Assembly (NCBI GenBank): GCA_965112155.1
Contig: OZ218100.1
Source: Podarcis liolepis
Lineage: Eukaryota
Direction: 5' to 3' (one strand)
Length of the DNA: 64,000 nt
The position numbers were made by a program, and so were the translations under genes. This document shows, in pieces, positions 27,256 to 40,210 of the stretch. The notes beneath the pieces are model-generated. The model was not told the origin of the DNA, did no database searches, and saw only the letters and a list, made by a program, of their open reading frames with translations. The first letter of the stretch is position 1; every line of letters begins with the position of its first letter.

Positions 27256-27665
27256 TTGTTGTTGTTTAGTCGTTTAGTCGTGTCCGACTCTTCATGACCC
27301 CATGGACCAGAGCACACCAGGCACTCCTGTCTTCCACTGCCTCCTGCAGTTTGGTCAAACTCATGTTTGTAGCTTCGAGAACACTGTCCAACCATCTCGT
27401 CCTCTGTCGTCCCCTTCTCCTTGTGCCCTCCATCTTTCCCAACATTAGAGTCTTTTCCAGGGAGTCTTCTCTTCTCATGAGGTGGCCAAAGTATTGGAGC
27501 CTCAGCTTCACGATCTGTCCTTCCAGTGAGCACCCGGGGCTGATTTCGTTCAGAAGGGATAGGTTTGATCTTCTTGCAGTCCATGGGACTCTCTAGAGTC
27601 TCCTCCAGCACCATAATTCAAATGCATCAATTCTTCGGCGATCAACCTTCTTTATGGTCCAGCTT
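27256..27665 (-). mobile_element. 5'-truncated Bov-B (RTE) LINE
   Basis: ORF ...LKLRLQYFGHLMRREDSLEKTLMLGKMEGTRRRGRQRTRWLDSV...; highly similar to 4560-4906. Confidence 0.92.
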
Positions 27666-30600
27666 TATGCTCTGAAGCTGTGGTATTCAATCCACAATTT
27701 AACCACATAAAAGTTCATATTTGCTGTGAATGTTTTAGACATTGCCTTTTCTGCAAGTGATTGGAGGTTTTTAGGCTGGAATACAATGATATTATGGGTG
27801 AGATTGTATTATTGTTATTTATGATTGTGTGTTTTATTATATTTTACTGTCATAAACTACCTTACTCTTAATTAGAGAAGGCAAGATTCATGCTATCCCA
27901 CTCCCCCAATACACCTAGTGTGGGAGGGTTGGTGCCTTTTGTGCACAGCCCTATGCCTGCAAGATGACCTAGGGTCAACTGCAAAGTTTTTTTGGTGAGT
28001 AAAGTCTGGCCAGAACTGGATTCCCCATGTTTCAGACACAATACAAACAGACACAAGAATATTCTGGGGTTTCAAATAGCCACAACTTTATTGATTACAG
28101 GTGTATGTAGGCTTAGGCTTAGGTACTGGGTGTTCATCTTGAGGTTTTCAAGGTTGTGCCTGGGTTAAGGGCCATCTCAAGATGTGAATCAGCTAAACTG
28201 GCCTCCCAGGCTGCCACATGGAAGTCCTGTGGCCTGTCTGCTCCCCTGTAGGCTTTAGGACAGGACTGCCACCCAGAACTGCCACTAGAGGATTCAACCC
28301 AATGCCTTATCCACCAATAGTTGTGATGATTGCTATGAGGAAGAAAAATCCCAAATGGACTTAATTTGTTTGCAGGCAAATTTCTTCCCAGCCCCAAATA
28401 TGGTGACCAATTATATCCACAGCAAAGTCTTTAAAACAGACCCATGTGCTGGCTGGGTAGGTTGATTGGCCACCAAGTGGAAAAACAATGCAAGTGTTAT
28501 GCTAAACTTCCAAAGATTATTGCTGTCTTATTTTCCACACACTCATCATTAAGCCTGTATAGCCAGACAGTGCCCACCCATAATAGAAACTGATTCATGT
28601 TATATAATCTGAAATGCTGCTTGAATACTCAATAAAAAATAGCATATGTCATTTACGTATGTAAGACTTACCTTCAATCTAGCCTTAAGGGAATGGTTAC
28701 TCTTTTGCACCTTGTACTACTATTTGGTTATGCTTCTTTGTTTCACTCACAAAAACAACAGCCCCTATTTAAATTTTTGTACACTTTGGGAATTTGTCAG
28801 GCATGGAACTAAGTTCCAGGACTGCTGCCTGACTGTATCAGCACCAACCAACCACGGACAGCACTCTTAAATGACGTGAAGCTACTGCTTTCAGGAAGAT
28901 TCTCAGTTCATGTCACTCACAACATACATTAAAGAGGAGGATTGATCAAGAACTCTTAAGTTCTGGCCTTAATGGGGACACCCTTAGTTTTATAAAGAAA
29001 CGCTTATCTGATTGGCTTATTCTCTAAGATATCATCACATCAATAATCCTCTAGCAAAATATGGCTGTAATATATTGTGATGATGCTATATTGAGTTTGG
29101 TGGATATGATGTAGCGTCTGTCTAGAATAACGGAATCTTTCAAAATTTTGGAGAGTTTTGATGACACACAATTCAAATCATCTTCTGGATTATTTAGTAT
29201 GACAAAAAATGTATCCTTCATAGATTAGCATTGGCTATGGAGGCATATTGGTCCCACAGAAAGTAGATAATTAAAGACAGAATATAAATTTAGTTTTCTG
29301 ACATTAGCCACAGTGATAAAGTTTTGTACTAAAGCTGTTAAAGGAAAGAGGGAACTAAACCCATTTCAATTGGAAATCAAGAAACACTAGCAATTAGTTA
29401 GCATAAAAGAAGAAAAGTTAGCCAATGAGTTTTCAAAAACCTCTCTCCAGGAGACTGAGTTAGCAACTGCCAGAGATGACTGAAGTGCAGAGAATCAGCC
29501 ATGGCATTGATTTTATTTGGTTTTATTATTTATTATTTTCAGACTCCTTCCAACAATGCACTTCTAATAAGCTTGTCTGTAGCTGTTTCCTTATGCTTGT
29601 ATTTTTAAGGACTCAGTTATTATTTGCTTTAAATCTGTGAGGTCTTCCAGTTTCACTCCAGTAATGTGATGCAAAGAATGAAAGGCATTAGTTTTTACCA
29701 GAGCTGAATCTTGAGGCTTTGCTTCATTGCATCAATGTTGTGACATCTTTCCGTGTTCAAGGAGAATCTCAGACCAATTTTTAGCAGGGCTCGGGTGCCT
29801 TCCCATTGACATCAGCATGTCCAAATGTTACACCTGCTGCCTATATTTTAACTTTGCTCTGAAACCTTTGACCCTTCTCTGTATTCCAGAAATTCATTTT
29901 GAATACAAACTTCTTTTTAAAAGAATCCAGTGTGGTATGTGCTGAATCTTTGAGTAACCAGATATTGCTTTTGTGAACAATGGGTTGCATTCCAGCCATT
30001 CATAATACATGAGGGTATCCAAGGATTTACTTAACTCAGCATTGACGGCTATGGAGTGTGACTGCACTCTGCTCTTTTACTAGGCATTGCTATTCTTCAC
30101 TGGGGAGATTTCTGGCTATGAGAGAGCAACTTGTTCTTCCAACCTGATGGCAGGAATCTTAATTGCTCATTCCAAGGTTTTGTAACCCCTTCATCGGCTA
30201 CCGTTCCACTTTTGTTTTAGGTGGGGTGTGAAATGAAAGGACTGGAAGGTTTTCTTGCTGAGCAGCCTATCATAAGTTCCCATGAAGGGTGGCATTGCCA
30301 AAGAAGCACATGCATTCCCTCCCTGTCTTTCTTTTCATTGGGAGAAGCACAGATTATTTTTCTCAGTGCTACAACTGCCATCGCTCATTGAACCTGCAGG
30401 AGGGGGTGGGGGTGCTCAAGCCTTGGCTAAAATGCCAAAGAAGCATGAAGGACCTTGGGGAAGAAATTAGGCAGTAATGCAGGCCATTGCTCAAGAAACT
30501 AAGCATCACCTTTCAGGGAATTTACTTCTCTATCTGTTGCTATAACTACAGTTCAGAGCTGCCTTCTTAAGACTTTTGGTTGAGACTTCTAGGTGTAAAT

Positions 30601-31025
30601 TAAGTGGTTAAGCAGTGTGTGTCCACACACACACACACGTAAAGAGACAGAAACTAAGAGGCGGGACTGCTCAGGCTTTGGCACGGCTCAGTTGCCAGGT
30701 CTTCTTGATGCTTATTGCATACTACGTATGTTTGTTTATTTAGAGTACACATACCAGTAAAAATTCTGGCAGCTGTGACCTGTACTAGTTGAAGTAACTG
30801 AGACTTCTTCAGGGCCACTTGACAATGCTGTATCTAAAATACTGTCAAGCTGCAAACTTGCTCTCTCTGGTGGGAATGCAGTCCCAATCCAGAGCTGGTT
30901 GTGCATCAGTTCCTGGGTCCTTCAGTGCCTCCTCTGGATCAGGATTCAGTTTCAGTTTATTGGCCCTCATCCAGCCTATTATCAAATCTAGGCACCAGTT
31001 CAGAACCTCCGCAGCTTCACTTAAC

Positions 31026-31168
31026 TCATAGAATCATAGAATCTTAGAGCTGGAAGAGACCCCAAGAGTCATCTAGTCCAATCCCCTGCAATGCAGGAAT
31101 CTCAGCTAAAGCATCCATGACAGATGGCCATCCAGCCTCTGTTTAAAAACCTCCAAGGAAGGAGAGTC
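31026..31168 (-). mobile_element. CR1 LINE 3' end
   Basis: CATAGAATCATAGAAT = reverse complement of the CR1 (ATTCTRTG)n tail; matches 55681-55953. Confidence 0.85.
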
Positions 31169-31387
31169 AAAAATAAAGCTGTGTATCATCACCCTATAGC
31201 TGCCTCTTCCATGTCTCTGTACATGACTTTTAAAATACAATCCTGTTGGTCCCAGCAACTAATTTAAAAAGTATGAATATGCAAGAATTGCTGCTAGGAA
31301 GTAAAGGAAAACCCTGTATTTGTATGCTAGTAGATTTTACACTGTACCTCATCCTGAGATCATGTGATAAAGAGTGAGATATAAAAT

Positions 31388-31793
31388 TAATAATAATAAT
31401 AATAATAATAATTTATACCCCGCCCATCTGGCTGGGCTTCCCCAGCCACTCTGGACAGCTGGGGACATGCATCAAACATTAAAAGCTTCCCTAAACAGGG
31501 CTGCCTTCAGATATCTTCTAAAAGTCTGGTAGTTGTTGTTCTCTTTGACATCTGGTGAGAGGGCGTTCCACAGGGCAGGCGCCACTACCGAGAAGGTCCT
31601 CTGCCTGGCTCCCAGTCACCAATCTAGCTGCTGCATTCTGGATTAGTTGTAGTTTCCGCGTCACTTTCAAAGGTAGCCCCACATACAGCACATTGCAGTA
31701 GTCCAAGTGAGAGATAACCAGAGCATGCACCACTCTGGTGAGACAGTCTGCGGGTAGATAGGGTCTCAGCCTGTGTACCAGATGGAGCTGCCC
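31388..31793 (-). mobile_element. L2-clade LINE 3' fragment
   Basis: Encodes RLRPYL...VVHALVISHLDYCNVLYVGLPLKVTRKLQLIQNAAARLVTG; (TTA)n tail; related tail at ~20605-20700. Confidence 0.85.
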
Positions 31794-31796
31794 TGG

Positions 31797-31838
<42 letters not shown>
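31797..31838. repeat. (AGAT)n microsatellite
   Basis: Direct reading. Confidence 0.95.
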
Positions 31839-31839
<1 letters not shown>

Positions 31840-31904
31840 ATGGAAATACTTGCTTGTTTGTTTTTTAAACTGTAGCTATGCTCCATGAAAACAACAGAAT
31901 TCCC

Positions 31905-31985
31905 CATACCACCTTAAAGACTAATAAATATATAATGGCATAAGCTTTCATAGACTATTGCCCACTTCGTCAGGTGCTAGAATTG
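31905..31985. mobile_element. Penelope-like element terminal fragment
   Basis: CACCTTAAAGACTAA...GGCATAAGCTTTC.TAGACT...CCACTTCGTCAG resembles reptile Penelope ends (from recall). Confidence 0.45.
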
Positions 31986-34900
31986 TTTTCCTTAGTTATC
32001 CACTCACACCAGTGTATTAGGATGGAGCTGAAAAGTAAAAAAAAAAAAGCAAAAAAGACAGTTTGTGATAATTTAGTTAGAGCTTCAGTTAGAGTTGTAA
32101 GCACCTTGACCATTCACAATATTGGTATGTGACACTTGGGTAAGAGGACAGGCCTTCATATTGATCAGTAACCAGTTAAAGTAAACAGAAAGTGGGAATA
32201 AATGGACAGATTTCACAATGGGCATTTCTCATCAGGTCTGCTCTGGTAACTTCAGTGGAGTCAGTTTTTTACCATATGGCATAAGGGCAGACCCAGAATG
32301 TTTTGTGATGCTTGCTGTAACATTGAACTCCCCACTTCATTCATTGAGTTTGATGCAGGGCTTTCCCCTTCACTGGGTGCAGGCAGATCCCACCCTTACC
32401 TTATATAAGGAGCCCCAGTCATGCATAAATTTATGTTTGCAAGAGTTTCTACATAGCTGAAAAACGAAAACAACAGATAAACCTTTGCAGCTTGCTAAAA
32501 TAAAGGAGGTTTGTGACCCACCCCCACCCACCCCAAATTGTTTTAGTCGGTGGAAAATTCCAATAAATTGCAAACAATAAGCCTAAAGCTTATAAATTTT
32601 ATCACAAACAGAAACTGAAGTAAAGTTATCTGAATTCTTGATGCTATGTTTCTCAAATCCAATTCAGTTGTTTCAGACTAGCAGCCACTTCCACACTTTC
32701 AAACCCTAAGATGCATCTTGGACTTCCTTGGCTATAAAAGTTGCCCATTCCTGCAAGAATAGCACTTAAGCTGGCACCTGGTGTGTCATGTTGTACATCT
32801 AGATGAAAGGAGAGATTCCTGGCCAATATGTCTCCACAGCTCATTGATCTCCCTCTGAAGAAAGACTGGTATGTCTCCCTACAGATTACTCGGCAGGATG
32901 ATTTAAAGCTTGCTGTTGAACGATTTAAAGTCTGGCATTGTGTAGCTATGTATTGCATAGGAAGTAGCATGCCGGTAAGCTGTCACTGCTTCTTCCAAAG
33001 AAGGGCATTTAATCTTGTAGCAGGAGGCACGTCCTCTCCAAGTAAGCTAACGGATCTTTTGTTAGCCTTCAGAATAGAAGTGAGCAAATTGGACTTTATG
33101 ATGACACACCTAGAGACAAGGGAATTGCAACTGTTTGTTTGTTTGAGGCTGGAAGGTTAGGAGGGTGGGCCTGTGCGCTTTGAGTTTTAGTAACAAGATC
33201 AGTGGTAGTGGCAAAGTTCCTAACCCTCAGAACTGCTCAAAGGAGAAACTTCATATGGCTCAAGAATTAAACCTTTCATAGACACTGCCACTGGTGCTAG
33301 TGGTAGTTTCTGCCTCACCATTTCTTTCCTTCTGTATACATGTTTGCTTCTCTCAAGACTCTTTTCATGCCTCTTTCCTGACTAGTTTGCTCTTCTGTTC
33401 TTTCTGTCCCTTCTTTAGTCTGGTCCATGATGCCTGGAGAAAAAGCCCCCTTCCTCCCAATAACTTCAGGTCCCACAGACAGTGTGCTGCCACTACCTCC
33501 CTTTCCTCTTAAATCCAGGGAACAGACTACATGTTACATGGGAAATGTAAAGTTGGATCTTCCAATGTTTTGATACACGCTTAAAAGCTGCTGAGTTGCC
33601 TGAAATATATTGGAGCAGGGACACTGGGGGAGGAGGTGTTAATCCTTTCCCCCTTACCATTTTCCCAAGCTAGATTCTCCCTTTCAGTGATGCTGCTTTA
33701 AAGTGAAAATAAAAATCTTGGAACATCTGATCTTTGTCTTCTGGTGTGAGAGGCAACGTGGAAGGACAAGGGCAACTATTGTCTCAAAATAACTCAGGGA
33801 TCATGTGAATGGGCCATTGCAAGTAGATCAATCTTACCTCCATAGAAGATGTTGAGGATTCTATTTTTTGGGATGAAATAATGTTGCTGCTATGCTGAGA
33901 TACCAGCATGCTTATATTAATACAAGGTGATCTGGAGGTCAAGCTACAGTGCCAAGTAATTTTATAGCATCAGTGAAGGAAATGTTCTCCATGATGGACA
34001 ATTGCCATTGATTAGTAAACAGCAAAAAAGGTGAAGAATCATGCCATGGAAGCAACCCTTGATGTTACTAGTGTGGCTAATGTTAGTGAATAATAGTTCT
34101 ATTCTAAGGATATGAAAGTGGGTGTAAGTACTGTGGATCTAAATTTAAAAGCAAATCTTCAATACCCATCTACAAATGTGAAGAGTAATCTGCCATCAGA
34201 AATCCTGAGAAATCAATGCAGAATGTTTTAAGCCATCATTTTAAAAAGGAAATAGAAACCATGTTGTGTTTTGAAATTGCAGTGGTTGGATTCTATTATT
34301 ATTATTATTATTCCAGAGAGTACTGAATTAATAAGTAGATAAATTTGGTGCTAGGATCCTGGAAGTATGTTTTTTTTAAAGAGTAATGTTAGCTACTCCT
34401 TAGCTTATTGTTGGAAGGCTTGTCGTGACCACTTCAACTACCAAATGCATGAACATTCCAGCCTTGTCAGTCTGTTTAAATTAGTCATGTACTACTAGAC
34501 TCTGGCAAAGTGTAAAGGTATCTGCACCAAGCCAACTTGGAGCCAGTAGGAAATGAATCTGTCTACCAGAGATACTTCTTTAGACAAAATTATTAATGCT
34601 TAGTGGCAGGGAAGTGGCTTTCTTTCTCACTGGGTTGAATGATGGGAGAAATTCTCTCATGATAAGCCCATGATAAGTCTAGTGTTTGGTGTAGAAGATA
34701 GATAAAATGATTCTGCAGGAATGTCTGGTTTCTTTTCCCTGTATCTATCTTATTCATCTTGCAAACTGTTTTCAGACTTAATCATAGTGAACATTTTGTA
34801 TACAGTTGCCTGACAATAAATAAGAAGGATAGAGAGGTAAAAGTGCTGGGGGGAAAACAACTTAATTATGATGGAAACAAGGAACAGTTCCCTTTGTTTA

Positions 34901-35703
34901 GGTTAACCCTCTGCTATCTATCCACACTTTATTCAAGGGCAGAATTGGAAAATCTTTTGAACCACATGCCTGGTAACCAGCTAAATTTTTAAAAAAATTA
35001 TAATATGATACACACAGATGTAGTGCATGTTAATTTTCAACCAGGGAGGGGGCAATTAGCAGCTAATTCCCAAGTTACAAGTAGAGTTCAGCTAGTTTCT
35101 ACCTTAATTTCTTGTTCGGCTAAGTATGTAGCATCAAAGTGCAGTCTGGCACACAGGGGAAAGATTGTCAGAAGCATGCAGTAACACCTGGGTTAAAATA
35201 CTTTTAAAACTTAATTAATTAATATTGGAAATGAAAGGTATGAAGAATAAACCAGATGACGTAAAAAGAACCAAAACAGTTTACTCTTCATATCCAGCCC
35301 TAGACAATATTAAATATTAAATTCAAACGTCCTTGTGAGGAACAACCCATAATGTTCAGGAAATGGCAAATATCCAAAGGGAATAATCCCATTTTTTGAC
35401 CCTGTAGAATCAGGGGAGAAACGGATGAGGTGGCAGTGGCATGTGGTGGTGGGGATCTTCCAGTCACCTGTGGTCATGTGTGCTTGGGTACACTTAGGGG
35501 CAGTGTTGATAAATGGCGACCATGTCCCACATGTAGGAAAGGTGTCCTTGGAGACAGGAGCCACAGGCACCATTTTACAATCCAGGAAGTAAAAAGTGAG
35601 AACTGTGAGACATTTCCAATCTACCCCCTGGTAGACAACAGCCAGTGAGTGGTGGCAGGAATTCTGCTGGCCTGTGTGCAGAAGAATACTTGAAACATGA
35701 TAG

Positions 35704-36056
35704 GTAAAGGTAAAGGGACCCCTGACCATTAGGTCCAGTCGTGGCCAACTCTGGGGTTTCAGCACTCATCTCACTTTATTGGCTGAGGGAGCCGGCGTAC
35801 AGCTTCCGGGTCATGTGGCCAGCATGACTAAGCCGCTTCTGGCGAATCAGAGCAGCGCACAGAAACACCATTTACCTTCCTGGCGGAACGGTACCTATTT
35901 ATCTACTTGCACTTTGACGTGCTTTCGAAATGCTAGGTTGGCAGGAGTAGGGACCGAGCAACAGGAGCTCACCCCGTCGTGGGGATTCAAACCGCCGACC
36001 TTCTGATCGGCAAGTCCTAGGCTCTGTGGTTTAACCCACAGGGCCACCCGCGTCCC
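35704..36056 (-). mobile_element. Full-length Sauria SINE with 13-bp TSD
   Basis: GGGACGCGGGTGGC head to CCCTTTACCTTTAC tail; TSD TGAAACATGATAG at 35691-35703 and 36057-36069. Confidence 0.95.
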
Positions 36057-36633
36057 TGAAACATGATAGTTCAATATAATTCAATATAATGAGGAAGCTA
36101 GGCCATTTCTTCTAGGTCCATTGGGATTTTGGAAAGAAACTTGGGTTTTATTCCCAGGTATTCCTCCACGATGATTTGTTTGGTGCATGTTGTACTTGAT
36201 TACTATCAAAACAATTTCCGTTGGTTGAGGTGATTTTATATTATGGGATGGTCTTCTAAATCACTACAGGATTGAATGTTAGAGCCACTTCACACATTCT
36301 GGGAAACGATGACTTGTGCTTCCATTTGTAGGACTAGCATGTGGGTCACCAAGCAGATACTTCTATACCATCATCCGGTCAAGATGTCAGTTGTATATGG
36401 AACTCACATATCTTGCCATGTAGGCACCTGTGACTCCTCCTGTCCATTCCTTTTCTGGTCCTGCCCAGCACATCTAGAGTTCTAGTCATTACAATAGGGG
36501 GCAGGGGGGGGTGATGATGTTGTGAAGCTTCACATACCTTTCCGCACACTGGAACTATTGATTTACTACTATTTATAAACTGTCTTTTTACCCTATCAGG
36601 TGGTTCACAAAACAATATGAAAACCAGCTCCAA

Positions 36634-36681
<48 letters not shown>
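36634..36681. repeat. (AAT)n microsatellite
   Basis: Direct reading. Confidence 0.95.
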
Positions 36682-36683
<2 letters not shown>

Positions 36684-36761
36684 CAACAGCTATAAAATGT
36701 GAAACAACCACAAGCAAAATAGCAACATGAGAATATTTGAGTTCCTTTCGTTTAGGCCATA

Positions 36762-37003
36762 CAGTGGTACCTCGGGTTACATACGCTTCAGGTTACATAC
36801 GCTTCAGGTTACAGACTCCGCTAACCCAGAAATAGTGCTTCAGGTTAAGAATTTTGCTTCAGGATGAGAGCAGAAATCGTGCTCCAGTGGCACGGCGGCA
36901 GCAGGAGGCCCCATTAGCTAAAGTGGAGCTTCAGGTTAAGAACAGTTTCAGGTTAAGAACGGACCTCCGGAACGAATTAATTTTTTAACCTGAGGTACCA
37001 CTG
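36762..37003. mobile_element. Tc1/mariner (pogo/Tigger-like) MITE
   Basis: TA|CAGTGGTACCTCGGGTTA ... TAACCTGAGGTACCACTG|TA; internal repeats of GCTTCAGGTTA. Confidence 0.88.
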
Positions 37004-37757
37004 TACCTTGTTTGGCACTGAGGAAATTATCATTTCCTCTTACTGAGGTATGCATATACAATACAGCTTTTCGGTGATAAGGTCACTTGTTTTCTATTTG
37101 TGGCTTTGGGCCCTTTTAATATTTCAGCCTGTGGTGAGAGCCCATCTAACACCAATAACTTATATTCAATTGGCCCACTTTACCACACTGCTGTTTGGAG
37201 GGAATCAGAACAATAACTTCTCTGCTGCAGTTTTTTTTATATTTTCTTTGTGTATGTGTTGGACCAGTCTGCAGATTTTTCCATCTAAACTAGTCTCAGA
37301 CAGCTTCCAGGAGTGCTAGTACCCAGCCATGCTGTCTCCTGAAATGCTCTGTTCTTTCCCTACAACTGTTAACCACTTGCTTACATATCTGAATAAACGA
37401 GCTTGTAAGTAAGAAAAACAATTGTCTGGAAAGTATGGTATGGCAGCCAAAGCTAAGGAGTTCTTCTCATGAGAACAATAAACCTGAAGCAGAAAAGATG
37501 GTAAGGATGCTGTAGAGAGATTAGCATGATATATCGTTACTCAGGGGAGGACAGCCTGCCTCCCATACATAGCATAAAACATGCCATAGGCTCCTTTTTT
37601 ATTCATGCGAATTCTGACTTCTTTTAAAATTATAGTCCTCATGGTTTATAGAAAAGGCAAGTTGGACAATGTGATGACAAACAATATAGAAACAATGTGA
37701 GGACTATCTAGCTCCTTTTAATTACATATTTCAACTGTTCTTGTTTTCTGTTTAGAC

Positions 37758-37865
37758 CAGGGATAGCCAATGTGGTACCCTGCAGGTAGTGTGGACTACA
37801 GTACCCATAATCCCTGACCATTGGTCATGCTGGCTAGGGCTGGTGGGAATTGTAGTCCACATCTG
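37758..37865. mobile_element. hAT-type MITE, right end deleted
   Basis: CAGGGATAGCCAA start, GGACTACA...TGTAGTCC internal palindrome, flanks GTTTAGAC/GTTTAGAT. Confidence 0.6.
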
Positions 37866-38904
37866 GTTTAGATGCTGAGTTTTTCCCCCAAGGCTCAATA
37901 AAGTGTTCATATTCAAAGATGTTTTTGAAAATGAGAATGTTCAAAATATCATTCAAAAGTGATATTCTGGGGAACTGATATCCTTGTCATAGTAATGGCC
38001 TCCTATACTATTAACATAAAAATGGAGAGCAATAAACATTCGTGTTTAGACAAGCCAACACACGTTCTTTGAAAGCTGAGGTAATTTTAAACTGTTTTGG
38101 TATGTTAACTTCTATATGTTTTAAAGTATGGTTGTGAATTTTTCTCAGCTTTATCTTTTTGTAAACTGCTTTGAGGTTTCTAAAAAATCAAGTGGCGTAT
38201 AAATTTTGTGAAATAAGTTAAATAAATATATCAGTTATTTCTCATTTTCTTTTTATATTGTTGCTGTTGTTGTGGTTGTTTTCTCATGTTAGAACCATCA
38301 TTTTCTTTATGGACTGCTGATGCTGGGTTTTTAACAATAAAGTTATGGGGCTGTAGTGACCCAATTGGGTTGTTAATGGAGAATTCCTGTCAGAAGTGGA
38401 ATTATGTTCTACAGTAAAACAGGTTCAGATTCAACCTTCAAAAAATGCATTGTGATTTATGATCAACAATTTCAAGAGTTTCTTAGAATAAATTTAATCA
38501 TTAGGCAATGGAATTAATGCAGAAATCACTTGTCAGATAACTACAGTATATGAAGCAATAAATAAACCCAAGGGAATTGGGTCTGATCTTTAAAATGTAA
38601 AGAGTATGAGAGATGTAATGGAACTTTGTATATCTAGTACTATCATTCTCATTCTCAACTATGGGGCATTAGGTACAACAGAACAGTACATTCAGGAATA
38701 TCATATTTGCATAAAGCAACTGTTACAGTTTGCATGTCTCCTTGTAGCAGATGGACTTTTATTGGCAATATCGCTTATCATTTATATTCTGCAAGCCCTC
38801 AGAATTATTGTATGTTGAAAAATATTGTCCTTGAGCTGTCCTTCACGTGTTATTCAGCCTTCACAAGTGGTTTTGATTTGGTGAATCAATTAAATGTGTT
38901 GCAG

Positions 38905-38986
38905 ACTAAAAGAAGCTGAAGAAGTATGTAGACAGAAAAAGGGGAAATCTCTTTACAATATAAAACAAAAGCACGATTCTGGAATT
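38905..38986 (+). CDS. FMN2: Formin-2 penultimate exon ([27 protein letters not shown])
   Basis: ttgcag|A...ATT|gtgagt, 82 nt, phase 2-0; start of the FSI tail. Confidence 0.96.
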
Positions 38987-39266
38987 GTGAGTATATTTCA
39001 CTTACGGTTTTTTGTGCCTGCTATGTATGAGCATTCTCCCCCTGTTAAGGTTTCTGAGCAGGAATCCTCATCATTTCCTCTTAGTATCAGTAAAACGAAA
39101 AATGTTGAAACTCACTTAATGACTCTACCCATTTTCCGTTGATGCCCTTTATATCTGGAGCTGCCTCTTGGAACCATCTCTGTATGGCCACCTCCCTTAT
39201 TTCCTTTAATTTACTCAAATCACCCCCTTCCCAACAAGGCTTTGGATTACCCCAGAGTCCCTATAC

Positions 39267-39510
39267 CATGGGTAGGCATGTTTTTACACGAGTAGAATGT
39301 GTCCTTCATTTAAAATGCATATCTGGGTTATTTGTGGGGCCTGCCTGGTGTTTTTACATGAGTAGAATGTGTGCTTTTATTTAAAATGCATCTCTGGGTT
39401 ATTTGTGTGGCATAGGAATTCGGTTCATTTTTTTTAAAAAAAAAGTCTGCCCCCCCAAGCTCTGAGGGACAGTAGACCGGCCCCCTGCTGAAAAACTTTG
39501 CTGACCCCTG
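39267..39510. mobile_element. Non-autonomous hAT (Charlie-group) element with internal ~70-bp duplication
   Basis: CATGGGTAGGCA ... TTTGCTGACCCCTG termini; 8-bp TSD CCCTATAC/GCCTATAC with central TA. Confidence 0.75.
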
Positions 39511-40183
39511 GCCTATACCATAGTGTAACTAAGTATATTGAAGTCCTTGCATCTCTGCTCCTTTCTCTGTTGTTTCCCTGTGTGTATTTTAGATTGCAAG
39601 CTCCCTGGGGCTGGGACCTGTAAATCCTCCTGCTCTTTGGGTACTCCCAGATGGGAGCTTCATATTGTAATTGGCAACAAAACTTAAATTGATTTTCCAG
39701 TGAAACAAAACCCACTAGGAGTTAGCAGATAAGGCCCAAATTGAGAGATTTTGGAACACAAAACTTAGAAAGGCACATGGGGCACAACATATTCCCAAGG
39801 TTGTATTACTATTTGGAGTAAAATGCTCCTGTAGTTTAGGACGCTGGACTTGGTTCAGTGATCTGTTATATTCAGAAGCTGAAAGTGCTTGCTGTGTTTT
39901 CAGACATGTGACACTGATAACAGAAAATGGGGGTGCTGTTTTTAATGAAACTTAAATGGTTTTCATTCTTTCTTGCACTTGAAGATAGTGTATTGGAAAC
40001 AACTCAGCTTGGCACCCAAACTTTCTGATTTAACTGGATTTCAATCTTAGTCTTATTTGCAAGAGAGGAAAATGGTAGATTATCCATTTTTTGTATCTTT
40101 GGGGTTCTTGCTGCATGGTTGATTATTAGTTCACATGCTCTGAAATTTTGAAACTGATATTTTCTTCACCTTTTCATTTTCAG

Positions 40184-40210
40184 AAAGCGAAGATAAGTAT
40201 GAAAATATGA
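40184..40210 (+). CDS. FMN2: Formin-2 last coding exon (KAKISMKI*), FSI / Spire-KIND-binding tail
   Basis: Long pyrimidine tract + cag|AAAGCGAAGATAAGTATGAAAATATGA; matches FMN2 C-terminus IKAKISMK-x-stop. Confidence 0.95.
   Translation, partial: KAKISMKI

Noticed and set aside
27890-28330. Possible antisense LTR remnant (CTTTATTG poly(A)-like core)
   Set aside because: Boundaries and terminal dinucleotides cannot be defined
35310-35765. 151-aa - strand ORF
   Set aside because: Begins inside the Sauria SINE tail; remainder has no recognisable homology or splice context
36775-36960. Regularly repeated GCTTCAGGTTA units resembling a CRISPR-like array
   Set aside because: They lie inside a TA-flanked mariner-type MITE in a vertebrate genome; spacing is irregular and there are no cas genes
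38987-39142. ORF 38894-39142 continuing past the FMN2 exon
   Set aside because: Strong GTGAGT donor at 38987 and a proper terminal exon at 40184; the continuation is intron read-through
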